Source of the DNA: Oikopleura dioica
Lineage: Eukaryota; Animalia; Chordata
Direction of reading: 5' to 3'
Assembly (NCBI GenBank): GCA_907165135.1
Contig: OU015566.1
Span: forward strand, 4,402,001-4,466,000
DNA: 64,000 nucleotides
In this document: positions 35,813-47,816 of the stretch, one piece after another
Layout of the letters: the number at the start of each line of letters is the position of its first letter
Numbering within the stretch: position 1 is the first letter of the stretch
Made by a program: the position numbers and the translations under genes
The notes under the pieces: model-generated
What the model was told of the DNA's origin: nothing
What the model saw: only the letters and a program-made list of their open reading frames with translations
Database searches by the model: none

Positions 35813-36906
35813 TCAGCAAGCAGGTTCTTCAAGAAGGAGCGCGACGACCTGATCTTCCCAGGTTTCTGGATGCTCTGGTGGCTCGTGTCGCTGTCGGACT
35901 CGCCCGCAGCGATCGATCACGAAGTTGGTAAAGTTCCACTTGATCGGTTGATTCTTGCCGGGCTCGGTCGACTTCATCCATTCGTACAGCGGGATCTGGT
36001 CCGGCCCGTTGACGTTGATCTTGGACATCATGTCGAAAGTAACTCCGTACTTTTCTTGGACGTGCTCCTTGATCTCCTCATCGGTGCCTGGCTCTTGGCC
36101 GCCGAACTGGTTGCATGGAAAGGCCATGACGGAAAGGCCCTGGTCTCCGTAGATTCTCCACATATCCTGTAGCTGGGGATAGTGGTACTTGGCGTAGCCT
36201 CATTCGGACGCGACGTTGGTCACTAGGGTCGGACCCTTTACTAAGGATTCCTTAGTCGCTAAGGGTAAGGGTTTCGAAATTGCGGAAAATCAAAAAAGGA
36301 CTAAGGAAAGGATTAAGGACTTTTCTGAAACCTGACAAAGGATAAAGGAAAGGGTTTTTTCCTTAGTAAGGATTTAAAAAAGGAAAAGTCATTTTTTTGT
36401 GATTCCTTAGCAATTTTTCCTTAATCCCTTTCCTTACTAAGGGTTTTAAAAAGGTTTTTCGTAAGAATCGGTTTTCAAGTGCGTAGGTTGACAGAAAAAA
36501 TCCTTTCTCAAACCCTTAGTAAGGGAAGGAAAAAAGGAAAAATCACTAAGGATTAAGGGTCCTTACTAAGGGTCTCTGAAAACTGAGAAAGGAATTAAGG
36601 AAAGGATTTTATTTCTTCAAAATCCGAAAAAGGGTAAGGAAAAAATAAAGGAATTAAGGAAAAAGGACCCTTAGTAAGGAAAAAATAAAGGAAAGGAGTC
36701 CGACCCTAGGTTGGTCACGATCGTCACTCGGCCGCGGTATTTTTCGCCGAAGTCGATCAGCTCGCCATCGATGTTGTAGTTTTGGAAGTCGTAGAGGGTG
36801 GTTTCCTCCAGCGGCACCGCTAGAAAAATAAGTTAAATAAACCCCCTTTTCTCTGGTTTTTGTCTCTTACCCGAAGCAATGGCCAGAGCAGCCGCAAAAA
36901 TTCTCA
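35813..36906 (-). CDS. GPX: Secreted selenocysteine glutathione peroxidase (GPx4/PHGPx-like)
   Basis: MRIFAAALAIAS signal, KYRGRVTIVTNVASE-U(TGA, 36200-36202)-GYAKYHY, AFPCNQFGGQEPG, and IKWNFTNFVIDRCG. The CDS is interrupted by a MITE at 36223-36709. Confidence 0.9.
36223..36709. mobile_element. MITE (487 bp) with CTAGGGTCGGAC TIRs inserted five codons before the Sec codon
   Basis: Perfect 8-bp TSD GTTGGTCA (36215-36222 and 36710-36717). Interior full of CCTTAG/TAAGG motifs. Confidence 0.92.
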
Positions 36907-37309
36907 TTTCTGCTGCTCGAAAACGCTTTTTCTCTCGATTTTAAGGAGTTGCTCTGTCAACAAAGGTGGCTCGATTCCCATCTTATACTCCTATTTGCGT
37001 AACATTTCAATAACCTCGTCCAACATCTTGCTGTTTCCCGAAGAGTTCCAACCTTCGGGGCATGAACTTGAAAAAAATGAAGTTCACACGTTATCATTTT
37101 TGATTTTAGAAATTGTGTTTGTTCGAAAATATTGACATGGTGCTTGTGTACCAGCAAATAAATACCTTCGCTGAATCATTTTTTGAGCCAAAAATTTCAG
37201 GAAGCTGAAAATGAAGCTTCTTTATTCTTTGATCGGTTTATGTTTCTCATACGGTGTTGACAGAGAAACCGCAAATGGTAGATATTTTAATGAAAAAGGA
37301 CGAATAAAA

Positions 37310-38380
37310 GGTTACTTTGAGGATTTTTATCGAGAAAACCGAGGTGGGGATTCGGCCTGGAAGAATTGCAAGAGGGAGATTTAGAACGCGAATGCATAGA
37401 GGAAACCTGGAACGTTTTCAAAATATCGAATAATTATTCCGAGATCTCTGATTAAGAGGTTCTCCTTGGAAAGCCAAAAAAGCACAAAGAGTGAGAACTT
37501 CGAATGTTTCGACCACGATGAGCGCCACAACGAAAGTTGGAGCAAAATCAACGGGTGCTGGACCATGCTCGAGCTCAAGTAAAAATGCAACAAAGGACCT
37601 CAATTATTTTTTCTTTGAAGGAAACAAGTTATGAACCCGACAGCAGTTCGAAATTGCTACTCAAACGACGATCGAACTCTCCCACCAGAAAAGTAACAAT
37701 TATTTCCATGGCCAGGAATGTATTTACAGTCATATTTGATTCGCAAATGAATAAATTACAGCAGATCATCTCCTTCTTTACTTTCAATTTCTTCCCCATT
37801 CTTTGGCACAATTTTCGCTTCTTTGACTATCACATATACTGCCAGGCAGGACATCTAAGAGACCGTAAGAAACCGTCAGCTTGGTAATTTCTAATAGACT
37901 TACGGCAAAAGAGCTAGAAACGAGGATCCACATAAGCTGAGTCCCTTTTGATTGGAAGATATGACAAATTTCGTATGTGCAGTTTTGCTCAGAAGACCTA
38001 AAAAATAATTTCAGCGAAAAAAAAGTAATTTTTTTTTTTCAAGTAAAAATTTGAAATAATTTGAAATCATAAACAAGTTCAAATCCTTGACTAAAAATCC
38101 TCATCCGCATCAGATTAGGATCCAATTAACACTTCTCAAAAGCGCACTCACCTTGACAAGCCAAGAGCCATCATTCCAGCGAGAAGGAACAAGGTGCTGA
38201 TTACCATCAGCAGAATAAATCTCTCCGAAAACTCTGGAAAACTTTTAACTTGGCGAAAGGGAGGTTTTAACTTGCCAACAACGAGGAATCTCTCCGACTG
38301 GACCGGCACGGAAATTGATCTGGAACGGACGGCGCGGGCATATGCTTGCGAGATGATTGACTCGCGGCGACTAAGGAATT
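37310..38380 (-). CDS. Uncharacterised multi-pass membrane protein (multi-exon)
   Basis: Hydrophobic exons FILLMVISTLFLLAGMMALGLS, LMWILVSSSFA|MSCLAVYVIV, FLAMEIIVTFLVG and FVVALIVVETFEVLTLCAFLAF, separated by short introns. Boundaries are approximate. Confidence 0.5.
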
Positions 38381-39099
38381 TTGAACGGAAAAAAGGCTGA
38401 TTTTTTAAATTTAAATTCGATTTTTAGAAAAAAATATTCGATTTTAAAGATTATAATTGGCGAAAAAACTCTCTTTTTCGATTTTTTTCTATTTTGTTTA
38501 TTTGTTAATTCTTAATAAAAATTATAAAAGCTCATTTTTGATCTTACTTTTGATCAATTGCCATTTGCTTCTTTGACTTTTTCTTCTCTTAGGGTATTTC
38601 GGGAACGAAAAGGTTTTCTTTAATTTTGTGGTTGAAAGTAAAGTGGACCTGCTAACAGTTGAATTGTAAATCTTGTTTCTCAAAGAAGACTCGCGTCAAG
38701 CGTCACCCCTCAATGAACCTGACTCGAGCAGGGCTCATATTCTCGCATTAATATTCGCATATAATATGAGATGCTATATGTGTACAGGGCGGTTCGGTTC
38801 ATCATATGACTTAAGGGTGTCAACAACGATTTTCAGCCAACTTTTGACCCTGGTAGAGATACCTTAACTTGGGTTGTTCAAGATTTTTATATGCCAAAAG
38901 TAAGTTTAAACCCTTTTGTGACGCCTCTGAAAGCCCGATTTCGGATTAGTACTTTCGTCAATCCTCCCGCCGACTTCAAAGGAAGCTCGTTTTACACAAA
39001 AAAGGCCCTATAATAGGGATAACTTTTGACCCCCGTTACTAGAATTCTAGATGAGATGTGATCATGAGATGTGAAGCAGTTTTATTCGTGTAGAAGAAA

Positions 39100-41370
39100 T
39101 TAAACAAAGAGGTTGACAAAAGTAAATTTCTGATTTTTATCATCAGCATCGCAATCTGCAAAAACGACTCTTCCGCTTGAATTCGTGATATTTCTGAATT
39201 TCAGACATCTTTTTCTTTCCTTGTTGTCTCCAAAGCGAAATAAGAACGAAACCATTCCAGTCGTTTCATCAAAATCCCATCCAGCGTCATTCTCAGAACA
39301 GTCATCGGAAAGTTTTATCTCCGAATTTACGCACAAGTCTCTTTGCCTCAGTTTCCCGTTTTCAGTGAGTCGGAAGATCTGAGAAGGCCGCAATTTATTG
39401 CAATTCCAAGTTTCTATTTTCCCAGTGTACTCGTAACCGCTATTTGCGTCCAAACACTGGGATGTATTTCGCACTTGAATGGCGCCCCAGATTTTATTCA
39501 TCGGAGGCGGCGGTGATTCTAGAGCAACTCCAAAAGCGATTTCTGAATTTTAAAATGAAAGCTCAATAAAAACCTCGTTTGAGGAAGAACCTTTCATAAA
39601 CCAATCAAAATCATGAGGGCAATGATTTTTCCTGAATTCAAGCTGCTTCGAAATGTCGCCAAATTCGATGTTTTTCGCTTCAGGCCGATCTGCGTAAAAA
39701 TATTTCTTCCAATCATCATCAAACCAAGTTTCGACAACCCGCCGATAATTTCTCACCGAAGAACTCGGCCGAAAAACGGGAGGATTTCCATTCCACTCCA
39801 GGTCTCTGTAAATGTGTCCAACTCTCGAGCAGGGTACGAATAAGAGCTCTCCGCCGCAAATCCAGAGTTTGAAGCTCAACTCGAAGTTTTCTCCACCCCA
39901 AATTTCAAGACCAGGATCGTAGAATTTCAAGTCTTTGAAGTACTGTCGATTGATCGCGAAAAGTCCACCTGCCATTGCCGGACTAGGATAGGGTTCGATT
40001 TTTGACACGAGTCTTTTCTTCTCGCCTTTTTCTTGGAAAGGTATTCTTTTCCAAGTCAGTCTCCAGTCCCATCCACCTGAAGAAAAAAATCAAATACCAC
40101 TTTGTGTGAGAAATACTCACAAGTAATGTAACAAATTTCTGTTGATAAATTTAATTTACTTAAAATTATTTTAAATAAAATTCTAATTTAACTTAAATTT
40201 AATTAAATCAATTTGAATTTTCTTTAATAATTTTAAAATTATTTAATATATTTTAAAAAATATAATAAATTTAAGTATTTTTTTAAATAAAGTTCATTTA
40301 TTGAATTCAAATTTATAATATAAATATTTTTTTTAGTTTGTTAAATTTTTATTTCTGCATAAACAGTACCTATTGCTCTACCCAAATCATCAGTTCCACC
40401 TTGCGCCGAAAAATTGAAATAATTCGCATCAATCTTGTCGATAATCGGCACCGTCGCGATTCGATCATTCCTCGCTATCGGAGCTAGAAGTGGCGGGAGC
40501 CAGTTGTACTCGGCTTCACAATGAGCATCGAGAAAAACAAGAACCTCTTTGATCGCAAGAGATGCGCCAATAGACCGGGCGCGGATCAGACCTTCGCGAT
40601 TTTCGTTTCGATGAATTTTGACAAGTCCATTCCAGCGCTGAATGTACTCGTCTAGTTTTTCTTTCAAATGGTTTCTGGTGCTGCCGTCATCGATGAGAAT
40701 TATTTCCCCAAGAAGCTTTTTCGGCGTTTGATTTATCACAGAATGGACGGTTCGGAGAAATGTACTCCATCCTAAATGAGGATCGGTATAATTTTTAACG
40801 AAAAATTTTCGGGCGACACTGGGAAAGTCGCCGAATGTCGCCGAAAAAAAGCAAAAAATAGCGACATTCGGCGACATTCGGCGACATTCGGAGACATTCG
40901 GCGACTTTCCCAGGCCGCCCCGAATTATCCAACCCTAGTCCTTCATTAAAAAAGACGATGATGACAGAAACTTCAGGAAGATTTTCCGGGTAGTCGACAT
41001 GTTTGCATTTCTGATCCCTCAGATCATCTGGAACCCGATCAAGTGGGATTTTATCGGAAACAATCATGTTGAAGCCATAAGTTTGAATCGACATTTTTGC
41101 TGCGTAATTCTCTTTTTCTTCCCAAGTGAATTCTTGCCTGCTCATTTGATAAACTGAATCGATTTCTTCCGGCTCATAATTTCCAAGTCTTCCGGAATCT
41201 CTGTAAACATCTTCTTTGATATTTTTATTGGGTCCATTTCCAAAAATAACGCCTTCAAAACCAGGGTAAATCTGAGAATCACAGCTCTTTTTGTCCTTCG
41301 TAAAAATAGCCAGCGCGAAGAAAAAGGTTGAAACTAGAATAAAAGAGGGGAGACGATTATTTCTAATCAT
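39100..41370 (-). CDS. GALNT7: Polypeptide N-acetylgalactosaminyltransferase (GALNT7-like)
   Basis: FNMIVSDKIPLDR, VSVIIVFFNEGWSTFLRTVHSV, FLDAHCE (DxH), GGWDW, SPAMAGGLFAI, WGGENFELSFKLWICGG, PCSRVGHIYR, and a C-terminal ricin-type lectin domain. The family is certain and the subfamily is inferred from QGGTDDLGRAIGGWDW. Confidence 0.92.
40777..40937. mobile_element. Aged hAT-like MITE that constitutes a GA-AG intron of GALNT
   Basis: Degenerate TIRs TGAGGATCGGTATAATT / AATTATCCAACCCTA, 10-bp CGACATTCGG internal repeats, and TSD remnants TGAAGGAC / TTTAGGAT on the minus strand. Intron 40772-40940 is 161+8 nt. Confidence 0.78.
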
Positions 41371-41539
41371 GCTTTTTTCACGCAGAAATGAGAAAAAATT
41401 GCAAGAACTTGAAAGATGTTTATTTTTTAAAGACTAAAAATGTCACTTATTTATTCAATCCTCAGCCCCCTTCGCTGCGCTGCTGATATTTTGGGCGGTT
41501 TTTTTTTGCATTGACGTTTGAGATCATACCAAAAAGTAA

Positions 41540-42584
41540 GTGCAGAAGAAAAACAAGAAGAGTAACCTGTCTAAAAAAGGCGTGACAAGAACTCTGAATC
41601 GCGATAATCTTGTTGTATTCAAGTTTTTCGTCAAAACTTCTGACGGAGACTTTCGTGCGTCTTTTTCACTACTAGTAGCATCTTACTGTAGATTCTACAG
41701 TGTAGAAACTCAGATGCTCAAAAACAAGGTTAGTGATTCTTGATTGCATTTTTCAGTTTTTCAAGCTCAAAAATCTGAAAAATAATGCTTTGGGCATCAA
41801 GAATTGGCCTTTGATGATTAATCTTTCAAATGCCGATCTGCCAAAATCAATCAAAAAAGCAATAAATTTTTCCTTCTTGTCAAGTGAGTTTAGCCGGGGA
41901 AAACCCCGGTCACGAATTCATCGACTGATCTTATGAGCAAGTGTACTAGCGGCTTCGAAATGGATGATTATATAATCTAGGTAGTTTAGAAAAAGAAAAT
42001 AGATTTCATAAGGATTTCACCATTTGTCACTTTGGTGAGGAAATGATGTCAAAAGAGGCGCAGATGAAGAATGCTAGCGCCTGGCGCTGGCGATTACATA
42101 AATCTCACGCGCTAAGCGAGCTCACTCCTCAAGGTGGAGGGCTGATGCTTTCTTCTTTTAAAAACCAGCCGCTGCCAGTTTTTAACTTCACAAAATATAT
42201 AAAAAATCAAGATTAAAAAAATTTTAATTCGCCAAAAAAAATTTTAAAAAAGATGGTGATGGCAGAAATCAAAACAAAAAAAGCAGAAAAAGAATCGACA
42301 AAGACAGAGGATGAGAAAATTCAGGAAATAAAAAAAGCTGTCAACGCGATAGTCATTAAAAATGACGCAAAATCGTCATCGAAAAAAATCTCTTCCTTCA
42401 ACCCGGTAAGTCGAAAATTCGAAAAAAAGTCACGAAAATCTTTCAGGTCCGAAAAACGATTCTCAAGAAAACCATCAAAATCCAGAGCAAGTATTCCATC
42501 AACCAAATCCGCCGCCAACCACCCACTTACTTTGACGCTTCATCCCTTTCTCTCACGATAAAACGCCTCAACTCTTCAAAATAA
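41540..42584 (+). CDS. Uncharacterised lysine-rich multi-exon protein
   Basis: Several short open exons bounded by GT/AG (for example ...NASAWRWRLHKSHALSELTPQ|, MVMAEIKTKKAEKES...SFNP|VRKTILKK...NSSK-stop). The full structure was not resolved. Confidence 0.4.
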
Positions 42585-43012
42585 CAACCATAACAAAAAA
42601 AGAATGTCTGTACAGAATATTTTCTTTGAATGCTTTACTCGTTGACTGTGCATGAATAAATACAGTGATTGAACAATCGAGAGGTCGAAAAATTGTTTGC
42701 GAAAAATTTCTCTTATCATCAATAATTGTTTACAAATACGGTATCTTCGGTAAACTAAGGTGTTCTATTTGCATCATTTTCTTCTCTCAACCGCTTTTTT
42801 CCCAACGAAAAAGTGAAAAATGAAACTTTCAAGTGTTCTTTTTCCCTTCACTTCTCTTTGTCTAGCGGGGAACCAGCTGGTCCACGAGAAAAAACATCGT
42901 GTCAGGACTTTAAGATAGAGAAGAATGTCGACTACCAAGGCATCTTTTGATTATATGGAAAAATCAAACTGTTAATTAAAAATCTCAAATAATGAGTTTT
43001 CAATAAATTTAA

Positions 43013-43040
43013 GGGAGTAGATATCAAGAATCGGATTTAC
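43013..43040. repeat. Solo left TIR of the Kolobok-like family found in SLC43
   Basis: TTAA|GGGAGTAGATATCAAGAATCGGA; no right end found. Confidence 0.6.
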
Positions 43041-43935
43041 TCAAATTTTTCTACTCGAGTGTTTTTGCTATTTGCAGATCTAGTACTAAGGATATCCTAA
43101 GTAAATTGACTCTTTTTCTGACACATTTTTGTCATTTTTGATGAACACTGAAAACAGTGAAGATTCAAACAAGCGTTACAACTTTCCGCCAAGTGCAGTA
43201 CCACTTTCTCCAGAGCGCCTAATTGCGAAGTGGGATTCTTTTCATTTCAAAAGTAACCCTACCTAAAAATCTACGTAGAATTGTGGTTCTCTTTTCCGCA
43301 ATATTCTAGCTTAGCATTTATTTAATAAATACCTTCTTTTTGGGAGTAAAATTCGGTATACGGTGTCGTAAAAATTCTGATATTTTGTACCGGCAGTACA
43401 AAATTTGTACTGGCAGTACAAATTTCAATTTTGTACTGCATTCGCCCGCCACCCCACGGGCGCTGTCGGTCTGCCAGACCGGCGGTCTTCGAAAACAGAC
43501 CGGCGGTCTGCAATTACAGACCATCCAAATACATCATTTATTCAAATGTTTCATCCTATCCAAAAAAATTTTGGATGAAATGAAGTATTTCGATAAAATC
43601 AAGCTTTTGGATAAAATGAAGCCAAATCCTTTGCTATTGTGGGGTAAAAATGGTAAGGTGATTTACATCCCTGATCTCAACTCTCAACGACCAAACAATG
43701 GCACCAATTCCTGAACTTGCGATGAAAACAACTGAAGACTTTCTCGGCGATAAAAGCAACGTTGAAATTCACTCACTCAGGTCATCTGGCAGTAACTCCT
43801 GAAATACAAGTGGTAGAAAAGTCTGATGAATTATGCAGCATAATTTATGCTGGCTTGAAATGCGATATGAAATGGTCAAGCAACTCGACAGATGAAGATA
43901 GAACCAAAGAAGCGAATGATCACAGACGAGTTTAA

Positions 43936-44669
43936 GGGGGTCCCCCACGATTTTGCGATTTTGCGAATTAGATTTTTTTCTCTTCAGATCTGAATTCCTC
44001 GTGCAAAAAGCTGCAAAAAAGGTCTCTAGCTTTTTTCAATATTTGTAGAAAAATGTGTCTAAAATCGATCTTGAAGTTACCAATTTTGCTTCATCTTCAT
44101 AAAAATTGAAAAATCAACCCTTTTTTTTAGTTGTCTAATGGTCGCACATAGCACCTTTTTAGAAAGGCTATGAGCTTAGCTTTCTGAAAATGCTCGAAAA
44201 TATGGGTTTGGGTTATGCCCAGAGGGCAATTCACATGATTGAAATTTCCGAAATCGTACATTTTTAGATCGTCTTTGTTACACTCACATTTTTTGGAAAT
44301 AGAAAAAACTGAGAGACGCTTCACTAGATTAGTGTAAGAGCTTGAAGAAACAGCGGGAAAAATTTTTGTAACCTAAATTTTTGAAGTAATCTCAGGTGAA
44401 AAAATGACCAAAAACGCGATTTTCTGCGAGATGCTCTCCTTCTCGGCGCCGATGCGCGAGATGTTGTTGAATTTTAAAGAATTTGAGATACGCTTCACTA
44501 GATCTAGGTTTGACCTACTTGTATGTAAAAAAAATTTTGAAAAATATAAATATTAGTGCCGAAACGCGTCCCCTGAATAAAAAAAACGAATCTATGAAAA
44601 ATATAAGTCTGTGTCGGCGTGAGCGCCGGTCGAAAATGGCCAATTTCGGAAAAATCGTTGGGGACTCCC
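43936..44669. mobile_element. Second TTAA/GGG (Kolobok-like) MITE
   Basis: TTAA|GGGGGTCCCCCACGATTTT ... AAAATCGTTGGGGACTCCC|TTAA. Interior shares ctttttagaaag...tttgggttatgccc...ggcaattcac with the 3.9 and 5.6 kb copies. Confidence 0.8.
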
Positions 44670-45599
44670 TTAAAGGAAAATAACGGAAATTCTCAGAGTA
44701 AATTTTTAGCATCTTGCAAAAATGAATTATTTTATTTTGAAGTGGTTTTAACGTCAAATTGGATGAGAGTCTCTCTGACGATGCTATTGTCATAGCAAAA
44801 GCTCAGTAAATAAAATCAACAAAACACTGTTAAATTTTATTCTTACACAATTGATTCACTTGCAGAATAATTGTCAGCTGCATTCATTTTTTCTTCCAAA
44901 CGTGCGAGAAACGCTTCTATTTTTTGTAACCTCTCTTCGGTATTTTTTTCAGTAACGACTAATTTTCCATAAGGATCCCCCCATCAAGAATCGTGAAAAT
45001 AGGTCTCTTTAGTGAACGATTTTCTCGAAAACTATCTAAGAAAAAACCCTTTATTCCAATTGCAAGCTTTAGGTGAAATCCTCGCCTGCAACCGTTACCC
45101 TTTTGGTGATATCTCGGTATCAAACTTAAGGTTATACAGGCCGTTAAAGGTAAGGTTGCTTAGTGAAGGTTTTTTTCGGGTTTTTAGTTGGGTTATACCC
45201 TTAATCTTTTTTCAGGATAAAGTTAAGGCCCTTAGCTACGACCGTTCCCTTTTTGAAAATTTTTGGCCAACGAACTCAAGGAGGGAAGCCTCTTTAAAAT
45301 TTAGTCAGTCGAATTTAAGGCGAATTTCCAGATTTATATTTTCAGTTTTTATTCCCTAAATTGCCTCGAATAATGTTTTTGTACTCTTTCTTATGACAAA
45401 AATAGTTTTTATGATTGGTATATCCTTAATGATCACTAAAAATTATCTATAAGAGCAAAATTTTTTCCGAATAAAAAGTTTTCCTGGTCGTCTAAACAAC
45501 CCAAAAAAGCTTAAAAACTTAGACGATTTTGATTTTTCATCTTGATGGGGGGGGTTCTTAAATGAAATTCAAAGATATAATAATATTTCAAAAATATTA

Positions 45600-47220
45600 A
45601 ACTTACCACTATTGACAGACGGGGCCCGGTAATCTCCAAGTGAACTCTCTGATTGGAGACTCACACCGTCAAGAGGAGCATGATTTGTTCCTAGAGGGCC
45701 AATACTTTGTGCATTTTTCTGTGAAAGCGGGTCTTGTTGCACAGATTCTACAAGGCTTAAACATTTAAAATGAGAATAATAATTTATAAACTCGCCATTA
45801 TTATAAAAGGGAAGGGTTCCAAGCGTTCTCTCCGAATGTCTTCTTTTTAGTGACTGGACATGCAAAAACTTTTCTGGTTGAGAGGAGACTACTGTATTTT
45901 GATCACTCGAAGAGCTTTTTTCTGTTTCTCTATCCTCATCATCTAAAAATCTAGGCTTTAGGGTTTTACCTTTGGTTACCCAAATGACCGGAAAGTTTAA
46001 TTATACATCGAAAATACAGTCGGATACCAAAGTAAGACGCCTCATTTAAAAGCCCTTTTTGGATTTTCGCTGAATTTTATCATCATGAACAAGATCAATT
46101 TAAGGCCACTCTGATCAAAAATTTTATTAGAAATCAGGAAATCTAAGAAGAGAACAGTTTTACCTTTTTCAATCAAAAAATTTTTTCATCGTTGATTGTT
46201 TTGTCGGCTACTTTGAAGCTCATGGCTTTTCAGCGTCGGCTTCGTCTGTCATTTGAATTTCAGGAACCTGGTCAACATCCCTTTAACCGCATGGGCCAGA
46301 TCGGGGGGTAGAGGCGCTGGGACAGAAGGTGCATTCCACTGTCATTTAAGGAAACTACAGATCGGATCGACTCAAAAATTTTAGACAGTACTAAATCTCG
46401 GCCATAGATTTCAAATCTGTTGTCAGAAATCGTTTTGATTACTTAATTATTTATTAAAAGTAGGAATTAATTTCTGGTTAATTTAAATGAAGCATTTTTT
46501 CGACGATTATTTTGCAAAATAAACTTGATTTTTGAAATCTCGAAGATAGAAAACCTATAAATACGTTTCATCATCACAAATATGCGACAGTTGGTTCGGT
46601 TTGTCTGTATGAATACTCAGCGGGATGGATAGAGCGCTCTGCCTAATCCGTTGTTAATCTCGGCTGGTGACCGATTATTACTCGAAATTCAGCATGTAAG
46701 GCAAGATGTAGGTAAGTTAACCCTATTACAATTTATAACTCATGAGGACTTGTAGTTTTTGAAATATTGACTGTCAAAAACTTAAATGACAGTGGAATGC
46801 ACCTTCTGTCCCATGCGGTTAAGCTGCAACTCGCGGTTTATCAATTTGAAGTGCCATTAAACGCTCGAAAAGTTCTTCTTCCTCTACTTTCTCCAAATTA
46901 CTCTTAGCAATTTCTTCGTCAACAATTTCTACAATTTTCTCGAACTTTTTTTCATCAATGAGTCCAATATTGATCAAAGAGCGCTTAAAGATTGCCGGAT
47001 TCATGTTTATTAAGACTTCGTTGGTCTTGTTCACCAGGTCTTCTTCTTTGACATCCAAATTGTCATACTATACGATGTGATCATCCAAAAACGATTTTAT
47101 TTTTTTTAAGATTACAAGAGATAAAATCGTCGCAGAATAATTTATACTGTCTTCGTTAATAAGTATCTGCGCATATTTTTTCCGATCAGCAAGAGGAATT
47201 CGGTTTCTCTTTTTGGACAT
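45600..47220 (-). CDS. Uncharacterised acidic/helical multi-exon protein (possibly degenerate)
   Basis: MSKKRNRIPLADRKKYAQILINE...; a 48-nt GT-AG intron removes an in-frame TAG. Further open segments DVKEEDLVNK...KPR, VPEIQMTDEADAEK and DEDRETEKSSS...VNS|gtaag. Confidence 0.38.
46287..46818. mobile_element. piggyBac-like MITE (532 bp)
   Basis: TTAA TSD, CC/GG termini, and 38-bp TIR CCGCATGGGACAGAAGGTGCATTCCACTGTCATTTAAG. The left copy carries an approximately 26-bp insertion. Confidence 0.88.
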
Positions 47221-47816
47221 TTCTCAGCGAAATGTATTTTGAAGAATGACAGAGTTCAGATTGAGAGAACAGAGCTCGAGCCTGAATCTGGAAAACACTT
47301 CCCTGGTAGATCGGACAATTTTACTCTCTAGATGTCATAGGCTAAGCAACCCTTCTTTGCGTAATATGGATAAAAAGGGCGTACATTCGTTGTGGCCATT
47401 TTAAGAATTCGTCCGTTGTGTCGATTCGTCCATTGTGTCCGTCACGTAGGGTGTTCGAAAATGATCACAACGGACTTATGTCCACAATAGACTCATGGCC
47501 ACAATAGATATTTTTTTTCAAAAATTTCGTTATCAGATCATCAAATTGATAGATAAATTTAATGAAAAGCCTACCAGAAATTCAAATCAGTCTGACTTTT
47601 TCTGACGGTCGTCAAATAAGTTAAACTCAAAATTTAAATTTTGATATGATAAATTCTATTTCTTGAGCTCTTAGATCAAGGGTAAGTACACGAAAAAGTA
47701 AAAAAAAACGAAGAGAAAGAACAGAACAAGAACAAACGGATTCTTAAGCGTTAAAATATTTCTCTTTCTCGCTTTCAAATTTTGGCGGCTAACTAAGGAA
47801 AGATTCTTTAAGAAAA

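Noticed and set aside
36200-36202. GPx as a nonsense pseudogene because of the in-frame TGA
   Set aside because: The TGA is at the catalytic Sec position and a SECIS candidate is present.
42820-43930. Signal-peptide-like start (MKLSSVLFPFTSLCLAG) and scattered short frames
   Set aside because: They could not be joined into a consistent model among the repeat fragments.
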